Positions 11,941 to 23,980 are shown, numbered from the whole stretch's first letter. The stretch: 63,675 nucleotides of DNA, filler included, from Globobulimina sp. (GCA_003354225.1; 53 parts of 53 records of this genome joined end to end with filler, not necessarily neighbours in it); one strand, 5' to 3'. The notes: a model not told the origin generated them from the sequence alone. Program-made: numbers and translations.

Positions 11941-12570
11941 NNNNNNNNNNNNNNNNNNNNNNNNNNNNNNNNNNNNNNNNNNNNTTAATTAATTAANNNN
12001 NNNNNNNNNNNNNNNNNNNNNNNNNNNNNNNNNNNNNNNNAGTCAGTCAAAAAGATAAACACAAGGACAAACAAGGGCACATACAGAAATATAGTTTAAA
12101 TAATAGGGCAAATTACAGAATACATTTCAGAATAAATATATAGAATGAATTGGATATCAAAATCTTAATCGTCCAGTCGCAATCACAAACGCCACGATTG
12201 ATTGCAATACCATTTTACGATGACACCAACGCATATCTATTGGCGGAAACAGCAAGGTTTTCAAATCAATGGTCCAATTACATGCAGTATAATACGGCGA
12301 GATCTTAGTTATAAATGCTCTGCGTTTCTCTAAGTATATAGGACACCATAAAATGAAATGTTCAACATCATCAACAACACCACAAATACAACGGCCTCCA
12401 TTATTTGGTACACAACAAATGGAATTACATCGAAAATACTGTATGTGCCCTTTGTTTCGACGTCGTTGCGCATTATAATAAGATCGATGTTGTTGAATAT
12501 TTCTGGATAAACAGTAAAAGTTGTTCTATTAACTGCAACACCATTAGATTTCTCATTAAAGTTTTTTAGG

Positions 12571-13144
12571 ATGATGAATATTATTATAGATATGCCAAGT
12601 AAGCGTGTTAAGTTAGATAAAAACATATTTTACAAAAAATATTTCGCTGATAATTATATGCGGTTGAGCGATGTTGGTGAAAAATTATTTAAACGAACAA
12701 TCGGGCCATTAGTGTCATATTTAGATTTATCAAAAGATAAAACTATATTTGCGCAACCAAACATTAATGAAATCCCAGTTAATGTATTTAAAAGTAAAGA
12801 AGATATTGTTGTGTTAAAAGAACAATTGAAAGAATTACGTGTAAAATCAAAACAAATAAACAAAAAATGCAGTGTAAGCAATTTAAATAAAAAAATCAAA
12901 GATACTATGCCAGCAGATATGGGGCTCGAAGATAAAATATTTTTAATCAAAGAAGAGTTTCCAGAAATTGAAGAAGCAGATTTAGAAATACTATTTAATC
13001 ATCAGCAATTAAAAGATAATTGCGAGTTGATAACAGATAAAAGCTCAAAGCGCAATTGTAAGAAAGATATTAGATCCGAAATAAGAAAAGCTACACGCCG
13101 CCTTAGAGAAACACATAAACAATCGGGTAAGACTTGCAAATCAA
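12571..13144 (+). CDS. Hypothetical Lys-rich protein, 3'-partial
   Basis: ~190-codon frame, no motif recognised. Confidence 0.4.
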
Positions 13145-13244
13145 NNNNNNNNNNNNNNNNNNNNNNNNNNNNNNNNNNNNNNNNNNNNTTAATTAATTAA
13201 NNNNNNNNNNNNNNNNNNNNNNNNNNNNNNNNNNNNNNNNNNNN

Positions 13245-14063
13245 CTATTCTTATGCCGCAACGCATGAAAATGCGGTGCTTTGTTCAACCAATGCCAGAA
13301 ATAATGGGGTAGCCACAACGGCCTCTTCCCAGGCAATTGCCGCCGAATATCCTTCCGAATCTTCCTCGCTTTGGCCCGCAATATATTCTTTTGAGCCTGT
13401 TTCAGCACTTCGCGCGTCTTCAACTTTGCGATTCTTTTTTTTCGTATATTTGCCTGTCGCAATTTATTCGCTCGCTCAATTTTGCGAATCATCATCGGTC
13501 CCAATGGTTTGCCGTTAATTAAATCCAATTTCCGCGCTGGTTTTTTGTAGATGTGTTTCTTGGGTTTATCTGCTTTCTTTTCTTGCTTTTTAATGTGTCG
13601 TTGAACTCGTTTATTCGCAGAGATTTTTTGTTTAATCACTGCCAGTTTTTTCTTTTCAGCATGTTTGACGGTGCGCAATTTCTGCTTTTCTGTGGTTGGG
13701 TTTTTATTCATTTTACCATATTCCAGTGGTGTATAATGTGCTTTTTTGTGTGGTTTAAGCTGTGGTTTCCGCGCTGCTTTGTGGATAAATGTGTATTTTA
13801 TGGATAAAAATCAATTTGAAATGGAAAAAACCTGTTTGCGGAGCACCAGAAACGTATCCTTTTTCGCGCTCTCGTTTGAGTACTTTGTCTAAGTCGCTCT
13901 TTCCAGTGCTCATAACCTCGTTCATTTTGGCCACATTCTTTGCAAATTTCCGCGTTTCTTTATTTAAACCATACACTCTCTCCGCTGGATTATAATATCC
14001 TTTGTCCCGTTCTCTATCCCTCACAATGTCTGGTTTCCCCTTCAAAGCGGTATATTTACCCAT
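13245..14063 (-). CDS. Highly basic (K/R-rich) protein with one intron (13777-13831), 3'-partial
   Basis: GT..AG intron joins ORFs 13755-14180 and 13193-13711 in frame (..GAPQT|AARKPQLKPHKKAHYTPLEYGKMNKNP..); start uncertain. Confidence 0.55.
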
Positions 14064-14229
14064 TTTACCTACATTTTGCGCGGATTTCTTAGATAATTTC
14101 GTATTTAAGTAAGTCAAGCAAGCGCACCTTCCTGCTCCACAACGTCCACGAAGACCAGCCGGTGCTTTTCGGGTACTCACGGCTTGCTCGGGGCCCGCCG
14201 AAGATGTTTCAGGTTGCTGTAGGCAGGCG

Positions 14230-14348
14230 CCCTTCCAGCTCAGTCCCAGCCAACTCAGGTTTGCTAATCCACTGAAGGCACCTGGTTCGATGTTCGATAC
14301 CTGGTTGGAGCCCAGAGAGAGCCCCTTCAGATTCGTCAGTCCGTTGAA
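14230..14348 (-). CDS. Leucine-rich-repeat fragment in a GC-rich, probably foreign segment
   Basis: FNGLTNLKGLSLGSNQVSNIEPGAFSGLANLSWLGL matches typical LRR consensus; DNA much GC-richer than rest of contig. Confidence 0.65.
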
Positions 14349-14595
14349 NNNNNNNNNNNNNNNNNNNNNNNNNNNNNNNNNNNNNNNNNNNNTTAATTAA
14401 TTAANNNNNNNNNNNNNNNNNNNNNNNNNNNNNNNNNNNNNNNNNNNNATATTCAACAACCGGGTGGCAAATATTCAGAAGATCTATCCATATGTACCGG
14501 ATGCGTTAAATTATATCCTTCTGCACTTTTCAAATGGTGCCAATCTGTATTATGAAAATACTGAACAGTTGCTTGAAGATATTGGAGAAGTACAA

Positions 14596-14893
14596 ATCAA
14601 TGCATGAAGCATCAAATCAATATTTTGGGAAAGCAGCACAATTTACAGGAGAAGGCGGATCTATTCCATTCATGGGTCAATTACAGAAAAAATTTCCAAA
14701 ATCGCAATTTGTAATTACTGGCATACTTGGACCGAATTCAAATGCGCATGGACCAAATGAATTTTTACATATCGATTTCACCAAAAAGGTGATGGCCTGT
14801 GTGGCACATATTTTGTATGATATTGGACAAAGGAGTTTAAATGAAGGGGATGAGAATGATGAGACGGAGATTGAAGAAAAACAAGATAAGTAA
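14596..14893 (+). CDS. M20/M25/M40 metallopeptidase C-terminus, 5'-truncated
   Basis: GEGGSIPFMGQLQKKFPKSQFVITGILGPNSNAHGPNEFLHI. Confidence 0.85.
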
Positions 14894-15137
14894 TGCTCAT
14901 GACGCTCACTGCTTCATTTTTCTAACTTGTATTGATTCTGGGACTCTTGTTAGTGAATTAGATATAGTCACCTATATATCATCAAATTTCGCAGAAACAT
15001 TTGCTTTTTTTCCGGAATTAACTTGTGATATATCACAACAACAAGAAGGGTCAGACTGAGATTATCTATCTGAATAACAAAAAAAAACAAATAAAATTAT
15101 CAAGAACTATATTAAAAATTACAATATCATTTAATGT

Positions 15138-15552
15138 TTATTTGTAAGCAATAGCAGGATTTTGCATTTGTTGCATTTGTCTCTGTCTCTCTTCTTGTAT
15201 CCGATGGAATCCCTCCAACACAGTGACTGCACCAATAACATCAAGCGTAGCAGCCATTTCATCATCAAATTCATTGATAGTCGCCATTAACAAACACGCA
15301 TTATATTGTATAACATCGTGTGGCGCTTTCATTAATCGCATAATTCCTTGCAATCTTTTGAGTGTTAATGACTTTTTAATAAATAATTTCAAATGTCCTC
15401 TTTCATTCTTCCCACCCATATTACACGAATATATTATTAATTGTCGTAAAACCAACGGCGTGTTTGCCAATACTTGCAAATCATTATATTTTAACCAATC
15501 AAAAAATTCATTAAAATATTTCTTAACATTCAGAAACAGAAACATATAATTC
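15138..15552 (-). CDS. ARM/HEAT-repeat-like protein C-terminus
   Basis: LQGIMRLMKAPHDVIQYNACLLMATI..IGAVTVLE. Confidence 0.5.
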
Positions 15553-16390
15553 NNNNNNNNNNNNNNNNNNNNNNNNNNNNNNNNNNNNNNNNNNNNTTAA
15601 TTAATTAANNNNNNNNNNNNNNNNNNNNNNNNNNNNNNNNNNNNNNNNNNNNTTTACGTTGATGGTGATAAACACATTAATCAGTGTATATTATAATCAA
15701 AATCACTCTTTCATATTATCATTCATGCATTTATTCAATTGGTCTGTGCACGAAAAAAAAAAAAATATTTCCTCAAAACACTTTTGGAACGCAAGATCAC
15801 ACAAGGAGGACGCGATTTAAAAAACTAAAATTAAAATAAATTTAAAAATTTTAAACACTGGGCAAGTGGACGAATCTGACCCCTACATCCACCAGCATAA
15901 TATTTTTGCACTGATACTGCTACGATTACGGTCACTGATACTGTAAGAGGCTGGATTATTAGAGGGGTGGTACATGGAGTAAAATACAATAAGCTAAAGC
16001 TCAGTCAAAAAACTTCGAAATTTCGTGGCGTTTGCTGGATAAGCCGTCCCGATCGGCCCAGCCATCCTTTGAAAGTGTAACTGGGACAAGCGGTCCATCC
16101 TACAGTCGTTCCAGCCATCTCACTCCGTACCACCCGTCCCAAGCTGTCCTAGCCATTCCAGCCAGCCCGAAATCCTGCTAAGCTTCGTAGCATTTTTATG
16201 TAAGTTTTTATCGGGTCGGACAGTTTAGTCGATAAAAATACTTCCTACGGTTTTCACACCTCCCTTATTCGATTTTGATATCAATTTTAACATCCGACCC
16301 CAATACGGCCTAAAACGTACAGTCCATAATCGTGAAAATGAATATTTACGAAAGCAATAAAGTCGCCAAAATACCCACAAAAAGGACAAA

Positions 16391-16756
16391 TTGGCTGAGT
16401 TGGAAAACCAAAATCGCTTAGCTCGCGAAAATAACGATTTAAGACGTCAAATTGCAGAACAGCCAAATATTGCAGCACTTCCGGTACATGCACATATTGG
16501 TCCCCCTGCAGTTCAACCACCCCCCAAGCGACTAGCTCCTTTCGTTTATCCAAAATCGACATCGAAAAATTTGACGGTAATATATTAAAATGGAGGGAAT
16601 TTTATGACAGTTATGATGCTGCTATTGGATCTAATCCAAACCTTTAGGGAATTGAAAAATTTACTCATTTACGTGCAAAATTAAAAAGTACTGCTCAAGA
16701 AGCGATTGCAGGTATACCAATTTCGAATGAAAATTATACAATCGCTATACAAACTT
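16391..16756 (+). mobile_element. BEL/Pao LTR-retrotransposon gag (DUF1759-like) relic
   Basis: Frame from 16543: RLSKIDIEKFDGNILKWREFYDSYDAAIGSNPNL*GIEKFTHLRAKLKSTAQEAIAGIPISNENYTIAIQT; internal TAG at 16645-16647 and frameshift against upstream coiled-coil ORF. Confidence 0.8.
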
Positions 16757-16856
16757 NNNNNNNNNNNNNNNNNNNNNNNNNNNNNNNNNNNNNNNNNNNN
16801 TTAATTAATTAANNNNNNNNNNNNNNNNNNNNNNNNNNNNNNNNNNNNNNNNNNNN

Positions 16857-17361
16857 TTTCTGTTTTTGTTTGTATACCAAATTGATTAAAAGAATTTGAT
16901 CCGACAGCATATAATTTATTCTGATTTGAAATACAAAATGAGTGTCTTGATCCGTTTGGTGCAGCAAATATATTTTTTATTTTCATATCTTTTATTTGAT
17001 GCCATTTATTAATATTATTATAATGCCCAACACCTAATACACCAAATCTATTATAACCACAGCATTCATAGGTTCCATCATCAAATAAAATATATGCTGC
17101 ATCATCACAAGTAACAATATTTTTTATGTTTTTTTTAAATGTTTTTATTTTTGTGATTTTTTGAATATCTTCATTTGCTCCGTTTCCTTGTTGTCCCAAT
17201 TCGTTGTCACCAATAGAATATAATTCCAATATTTTATATATTATATAATGGAATGCATGAATGACACTAATAATATCTCTATGGATGTATTGAAACCTGG
17301 ATTTTCTAACGTATCCACTTACTAATAATTGAGACATTCTTTTCCTGACAGCATGGTTCAT
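16857..17361 (-). CDS. RCC1-repeat protein, N-terminal part
   Basis: LYSIGDNELGQQGNG, ECCGYNRFGVLGVG, HSFCISNQNKLYAVGSNSFNQFG. Confidence 0.8.
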
Positions 17362-18060
17362 TTTTGGTTGGATTTACAACAGACAAAAAAGATTGATTTA
17401 AGCTGTTTTTAATATCTGGGATTAGTAAAATTAACATAAACAAAGTGGTCAACTAATATTAGTGAATTACCCATTTATTTTGGTCTCTTAATCTTGTCTT
17501 TAATCCTCTCAAATTAACCAAAAATATTGTATAAATATGATGCATATAACAAAAACGAACTTATGCTGAAATTAACAATTATTATTTGAAAACTACAAAT
17601 GAGGCAGCTTACAAATTGAAAGACAAGCAATATTTACCATTTCTATGTGATAAAGAAAAACAACACGATATAAATAACAAGAAAATATGCAATATCATGC
17701 AGAATAAACAACGAATAAATAGTTATATCGATGAAATTGATGATACAGTCAACATCTCAGATAATGCAAATTTAAATTCAATACGCAATTTAAGAGAAGC
17801 ATACAATCAAAATATAAAAAAGCAATCGAATGAGGCATATTGGCAACGATGGATTTCAAGAAAAAGCGGTTTTGGCCAGTTCTCACCTACTCAAAAACGG
17901 AAAAAACTCAACGCAAACCCTCGGAAGTTTTGCCGCAGTGGAACTTTATTTTGAAATGTANNNNNNNNNNNNNNNNNNNNNNNNNNNNNNNNNNNNNNNN
18001 NNNNTTAATTAATTAANNNNNNNNNNNNNNNNNNNNNNNNNNNNNNNNNNNNNNNNNNNN

Positions 18061-19164
18061 AATATCTTTGGAAATGAGGATCGAATGAGATCATAATATT
18101 TTTTATCAACATAACCATTGGCAAATATTGGCTCAATAAATTCATTTAATAATATATCCAGGCCATCAACATAAGTTTCTTCTGTACTCACAATCTCCGC
18201 TTGTATATATTTCCTCATTCTCGCTCGTTTCTCAATGACAGGATCGATATCAACTATTTTGCAGATATATGCATCCAATTTGTCTCTTATTTGATTTATG
18301 TTATTTGGGTTTATAACACAATCCATTGTTTTTATAATTTCTTCTCGTTGATATCCGAACATTTCCAGCTGTGCAATAATATCCTCATTCAAACTACTTA
18401 GTACTCCTTTGTTTATTTGTTCGTCGCCTTCAAAATCCTCTTCAATTTCAATATCATTGTCACTCGCTAACACTGCCATATTTGCCAGCTCATCGTCAAT
18501 TTGATAATCTTCTTCTTCTTCTTCTTCTTGTTCTTGTTGTTCGTGTTGTAGTTGTTCTTTTTCTTCTGCCACACATTCCATTTTGAATTCGATTCTGTCA
18601 TTTTGTTTATTTATATCGACATTGTCCACAGTCAATGACCTGATTCTAAAATTATTGAAACTTTTTGTTGAAATTGATAAATTTGTTTTCCTTCGTGATA
18701 TTGTTGGTTTTCTTGTTGTTCCGATACTTGTTTGTCTCAATTTATGTGTTAATGAGATACCATATCCACCAAAATCACCATCACTTTCTTCGCTTTCTGA
18801 GTCATGCATTTCCATTTCCATTTGAATTATACTGTTTATTATTATTTTAACCCAATCATTTCGATCTGATTCTGTTCTTGCTTTAAATGTGCGTGTTTTT
18901 GCAATAGTTTCATTGACTAAATAGAATTTTCCTTTTACGTTGTTATGTTTCTCTAAACGATATTTATCCAGTGATAAATCAAATATTTCAGTGGGCGGTT
19001 CATTTGTTTGCTCAAATTTGTCTGTTTTATAACATAATAGTTTGTCTCCTTTTAATTGCATAAACCGTTTGCGATAATTTTTAACGTGTTTCGATTTTTT
19101 TAGTATCCAGCCTTCTTTTAATACTCTCTCATTTCTCTGTTTTGTAGAATTTGGGATTTGGCTT
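18061..19164 (-). CDS. PH domain + acidic linker + UBA-like + start of DH (RhoGEF) domain, partial
   Basis: MQLKGDKLLCYK..RTFKARTESDRNDWVKII (PH); IAQLEMFGYQREEI (UBA-like); RKYIQAEIVSTEETYVDGLDILLNEFIEP (DH). Confidence 0.75.
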
Positions 19165-19952
19165 NNNNNNNNNNNNNNNNNNNNNNNNNNNNNNNNNNNN
19201 NNNNNNNNTTAATTAATTAANNNNNNNNNNNNNNNNNNNNNNNNNNNNNNNNNNNNNNNNNNNNATAATTTCAACAATTTAACATTACCAGTATTAAATA
19301 ATCAACACTCAGTTTCAATTGCTCAACAACAAATTTTTCCACTTCAATCAATTAATTCAACATTACCACCTCCTATAAATAATTCAACATTACCAATAAA
19401 GTCGGCACTATAAAATTCTATCTTTTTCAGAAACGGACCGATGCCGCCCTGTAATACAATACCTTAACATCTGTTGCTATGATTGATAAACATAAATTAG
19501 TTAAGCTATACAGAGTCATTACAGACACAAAATAATTATATAATAATAAATATACATCGTACATTCAGAATGATTCAGATAACATTGACAAGTCAGCCCC
19601 TTATTATGTATTATCTGTGTTAGCATTGGCATCGTTATTACCAATTTTATGCAGTCCACGTATGTACAAAAATATGTTCGGGTAAAGCATCATTTTTTAA
19701 ATGCCAGCTGCTCTTTGAAATAGATCTAAAATCAATGGCAATTATGACCGAAATTATGCAATGAGGCTATTATTAGCGGCAATGTTTCATTTTTAGGCCG
19801 TATTTGATGGCAGCCTCAGCCCTCTACTTTGCATTCAATTCAATTCAATGTGCTTTATTCAACGAACACAAATACTAAAAATATTTTAAACAGGAAAAGA
19901 AAAGACTGCCATTACCATTATCTTTTGCGTTTTTATTGGTTTATTATTTGCG

Positions 19953-20368
19953 GTGATTGCTGATAAAACGTGTAATAATGAAACGGATGCGGTTATTAAT
20001 CAAAAATCCAACTTCATATTCAACCAAATCCTGCCCGATTCCCGACGGAATACCATCCGCTTCGTCGACGTCTCTCCATATTACGATCCCTCGCAAGTGC
20101 CGGAGCCCTCCGACTATGCCGAGCCTGACGATGAAGAACCTTCCCTCGAAAACGCAGCCAACATCCTCAACATCATCGCGTCCGAACCCTCCATATCCGT
20201 GCAAGAAATCGCCACAATGAAACTAAAGCACATCAAGAAAATGGCCGAAAAGGAAACCGAGGCCGACATCAAAGACTGCGTCGTCACTGTGCCTCAATTC
20301 TGGTCTTATAAGGAACGCCAAGCACTGTTAGACTCCGCGCAAATGGCTGGCTTGAACGTATTGAGCCT
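19953..20368 (+). CDS. Hsp70-superfamily fragment, HYOU1/Grp170-like
   Basis: SVQEIATMKLKHIKKMAEKETEADIKDCVVTVPQFWSYKERQALLDSAQMAGLNVLS. Confidence 0.75.
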
Positions 20369-20816
20369 NNNNNNNNNNNNNNNNNNNNNNNNNNNNNNNN
20401 NNNNNNNNNNNNTTAATTAATTAANNNNNNNNNNNNNNNNNNNNNNNNNNNNNNNNNNNNNNNNNNNNTCAGCGCTATTATTGGGAGAGTTGGTGAGTGC
20501 TATGGCCATTGATGATGCCTGCACTACACCGTTGTTATTAGCGCCATCATCGAGGGCTTGAATACGTGCATCTGCCAAGGATGAGGCCGGCGGTGCGAAG
20601 TTATAATGAAATACTGCTATGACCGCCGCCGAAATGGTATCAACAAGTTGCACATTATCGGATACAACGCAAAAATAAATAAGTATCTGCGCGGCCGCGC
20701 GTTCGTAGCCCAATTGACAAAATAGCCCGCCGTGCGTATTAAATAGAAATAGAAATTCGATGATTTTGGCGGCAAATTCAAATTTTAATAAAATATTATT
20801 CTGCGCCGCAGTCAGA

Positions 20817-21509
20817 TCAGATGCAATGCCATGATTCGGATGTATTTGGTACCGGTGTGTTGTTTGCGGATGTGTTGTTTGCGGATGTACTGGTAACGGA
20901 CATGGCGGTTACGGATGAGAGTCGGGCACCGGTTACATTGGTGCTATCATTGGCAGCGTCAACCATAGCCACATCAGTTGTGGGCGCATATTCATTCACA
21001 AGTACATAGCAGCCGGTCGCTGTGTGTGTAACCAGCACATCAAAGCGGATCTGTATGGCTTTTCTCAGAGCCAATGCCAAGTTAGCAATGCCAGCGCCAA
21101 TGGTATGCACAATGGCACCGGGCGCAATGGTAGCGAACGTCACCTGTGGGTGGGATGGTATGATTACATCTCTACCTTCCTTAATAATAGATATAAGGTG
21201 CTCCAAATATAGGTCCAACATGGCTTCAAATTCCATCTGATTGGATTGCTTTGGGCCATAATAAGTAGTAATCATACCAAGGGCGACAGTACGATCAAAG
21301 TCACCAAAAACTGCAGCCTGTCCACCAGAATATCTACGAGGAGTGCCATGATGTCGGGCAAAGTCAATATCATTATCACCAAAGAGAAATATCGGTTGTC
21401 GATCCATCTCCGCAGCCAATGTCAATTGTTTTTTTGTGATGTATTGTGTTTGCAAAAACACAGTGCCATGTGCTTTGTTATGATTATCATTGTGTGAATT
21501 AGTGTTCAT
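20817..21509 (-). CDS. Intronless protein resembling a phage/virus-associated FGDN..GGQA family
   Basis: IFLFGDN..YSGGQAAV..ALGMITT..DVIIP..HTIGAGIANL; GC-richer than host genes. Confidence 0.5.
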   Translation of the reverse strand: MNTNSHNDNHNKAHGTVFLQTQYITKKQLTLAAEMDRQPIFLFGDNDIDFARHHGTPRRYSGGQAAVFGDFDRTVALGMITTYYGPKQSNQMEFEAMLDLYLEHLISIIKEGRDVIIPSHPQVTFATIAPGAIVHTIGAGIANLALALRKAIQIRFDVLVTHTATGCYVLVNEYAPTTDVAMVDAANDSTNVTGARLSSVTAMSVTSTSANNTSANNTPVPNTSESWHCI

Positions 21510-21672
21510 GTTTTGATTGTTATTAATTATATGCGAGTCTTGCCTTGACAGTTGCTACAAACACACACTTATNNNNNNNNNNNNNNNNNNNNNNNNNNNN
21601 NNNNNNNNNNNNNNNNTTAATTAATTAANNNNNNNNNNNNNNNNNNNNNNNNNNNNNNNNNNNNNNNNNNNN

Positions 21673-22689
21673 ATTGTGCGCTTGGCTGGATTTTGGTTTT
21701 GGTGGCGTCGTCATGGCTTCTTGAAGGGATTTAGCCTGTTCATATGGATCAGTTATATTGGTTTTATTTTTATAATTTAAAAGGGGAATATTATTAGTAT
21801 TTATATCATTTGATTTATTGTTTGATATGGTACGCCAGAATCTGCGGCCATAATCTTTACATGTTTGTATATATTTATTTATTTTATCATTATAAATGGA
21901 TTTGGCTGTTGTGATAGCTTTATATTTTTTCGATTGCAGCTTATTTAAAACTTTTTTGAGTCGTTTGTATTTTGGAAAGATGTGGAAATCCGTATCTTTC
22001 CGCTTCGCGTTCTTTTTTATTCTTTGTATTCTGCGTCTTAGTCTTTTGCATTTTTTCTTTAATTTTTTTATTTTGTTATTCCACCATGGTTTGTGTCCAC
22101 GGTAATAATTTTTATAACCAATTGTTTGTTCTGCTGTGTATAATACGAGATATGTTAGTTGTTCTGTGTATAGATTTGGATCTGGATCAAAAATTGAATC
22201 TTTTATATTAGTTTCAAGCGTTTCTGTGTATTTGCTCCATTTTTTCTGGTCCGAAAGGTTCCAGGTTTTCTTCGTCTCGCTAAAACCAAAAACATTTTCT
22301 ACTTCAAAGGTCGTGGCAATGGGGACGTGGTCTGAGCAAGTCGGATCATATAATGAATGGAGTATACTCCACTTTGTATGAGTGAGGGAATCGGAAATTA
22401 ATGTGAGATCAATTGAGGATTTGGTTTGATATGATTTATGTATATGTGTATAGGATGGATTGGTTACATTTAATATTTGCATTCCAAGGAAGTTGAGTCC
22501 ATCAACAAAGTCGTTGGATTCAGCAGTTGATCGGTTACTGCCCCAAATAGCGTTTGGGATATTAAAGTCGCCAGCAATTATGTTTTTATCTACATTTAAT
22601 GGATAATTAAATAATTGGTCAATATTTGGATTCCTTGGACAGTTATACAGGGAATGGATACAGTAGTGTTCCGGATAAGAGGTACGCAT
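21673..22689 (-). mobile_element. Non-LTR retrotransposon (LINE) ORF2 fragment: apurinic-type endonuclease domain and linker
   Basis: SLYNCP, IIAGDFN..WGS, SSIDLTL, SDHVPI, then KPWWN..FWRTI typical of the region preceding LINE RT. Confidence 0.9.
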
Positions 22690-22885
22690 ATTAGTACTAA
22701 AATATATATTTTATCTAATCATATATTTTGTAAATGGTGGAGCTGTCAAGGGCTAATATATATTTTAGTACTAATANNNNNNNNNNNNNNNNNNNNNNNN
22801 NNNNNNNNNNNNNNNNNNNNTTAATTAATTAANNNNNNNNNNNNNNNNNNNNNNNNNNNNNNNNNNNNNNNNNNNNGATGTTTGA

Positions 22886-23483
22886 TTATCGTTTTTTCAT
22901 TGTCCCTCTACCTCCTCTGTGACTATGAGATGTCCCACCTCTCCCTCGTGAAAGCATACCACCTCTACCACTATGACCACCTCTGCCTCTTCCAAATATT
23001 CTCCCTCTTCCCCTGCCTCTGCCTCTTCGTCTACCTCTGCCTCTTCCTCTGCCCATTCTACCTCTCGATGCTTTAACTCGCGCATTCTTTAAATCAGCAT
23101 CTTCCTCTTTCACCAAAGACATTACTTCCTCCGGAATGCGCAAATATTTTATCGTATTTCCTCGAATATAGCACTCGGGCATTCGCCAAAATTTATCTCC
23201 TTCCTATGTACATTAATTCACATTTCATTCATTGTCCAAACTTCAAATATCTTATCTTAACTCTCGATGTACAAACAACTTCACGCAAATTCAAATTCAT
23301 CCAAGAATCACAATTTACCAAATGTCCATTGTATGTATCTCCATTTTTTAGTTCTACCATCATCGGATGTCCTTGCGCTGAACGCAATAATGATAAAGGA
23401 AGCTATTTAATCGTCAAAACACACAAATACAATTATAATATCCCATAGAAACTGTTTTTAGGTTTCAAGAAACGTACCACCAT
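22886..23483 (-). CDS. LSM4: U6 snRNA-associated Sm-like protein LSm4, complete, introns 23403-23477 and 23204-23261
   Basis: [73 protein letters not shown] plus RG-rich tail. Confidence 0.95.
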
Positions 23484-23558
23484 ATCCAAAAAACGAGGCT
23501 ATTGTTTGCTTGCTTGATATTTTAATGATATTTTTCTAGTTAGTACTCAACTAAAATC

Positions 23559-23980
23559 ATGGCAACTAAACTTCATCCACAACGCCTTGAAAAAATACTA
23601 AGAACAACACACTTATCATATGCCACCATCCATAGGATTCATACCGTGGCTGAACCGTGGGCCTGGGAGCACGAAGTACCTGCTAAAATGCGACAAACTT
23701 CTAAGAAACACTCCGTTGGCTTGGATGGTTTTGCTGGAAATTGGAAAAAGCATTGGAAAACATTTGATAACAAAATAAAACGAAATGAAAATTTCCGCAA
23801 AGACATAGCAGAAAAGAAAGAAAACAGCACAGCCTTAGAAAATCTACGCTTATTAGATGGTACTACACAAACTCGATCAAAATCAAATCTGCGCAAAGCC
23901 AGAAAATCCAAACTCAAAGAATCCAAACCAGATAATATCACTTGCAACGAAGCAACAGAATATTTAAAAGTGTTGGAAAG
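23559..23980 (+). CDS. Hypothetical basic protein, 3'-partial, head-to-head with LSm4
   Basis: ATG 75 bp from LSm4 start; 140-codon open frame. Confidence 0.5.

Noticed and set aside
16645-16647. In-frame TAG/TAA as sign of a reassigned genetic code
   Set aside because: Conserved genes have no internal stops and end in TAA, TAG or TGA normally; stops occur only in decayed copies
19890-20030. Possible chimeric junction upstream of the HYOU1-like fragment (AT-to-GC shift, TM-like segment in frame)
   Set aside because: Cannot be distinguished from a divergent exon or intron boundary without reads
20763-20785. TTTTGGCGGCAAATTCAAA as E2F/CHR-like promoter site
   Set aside because: Single short match with unknown host and no transcript data
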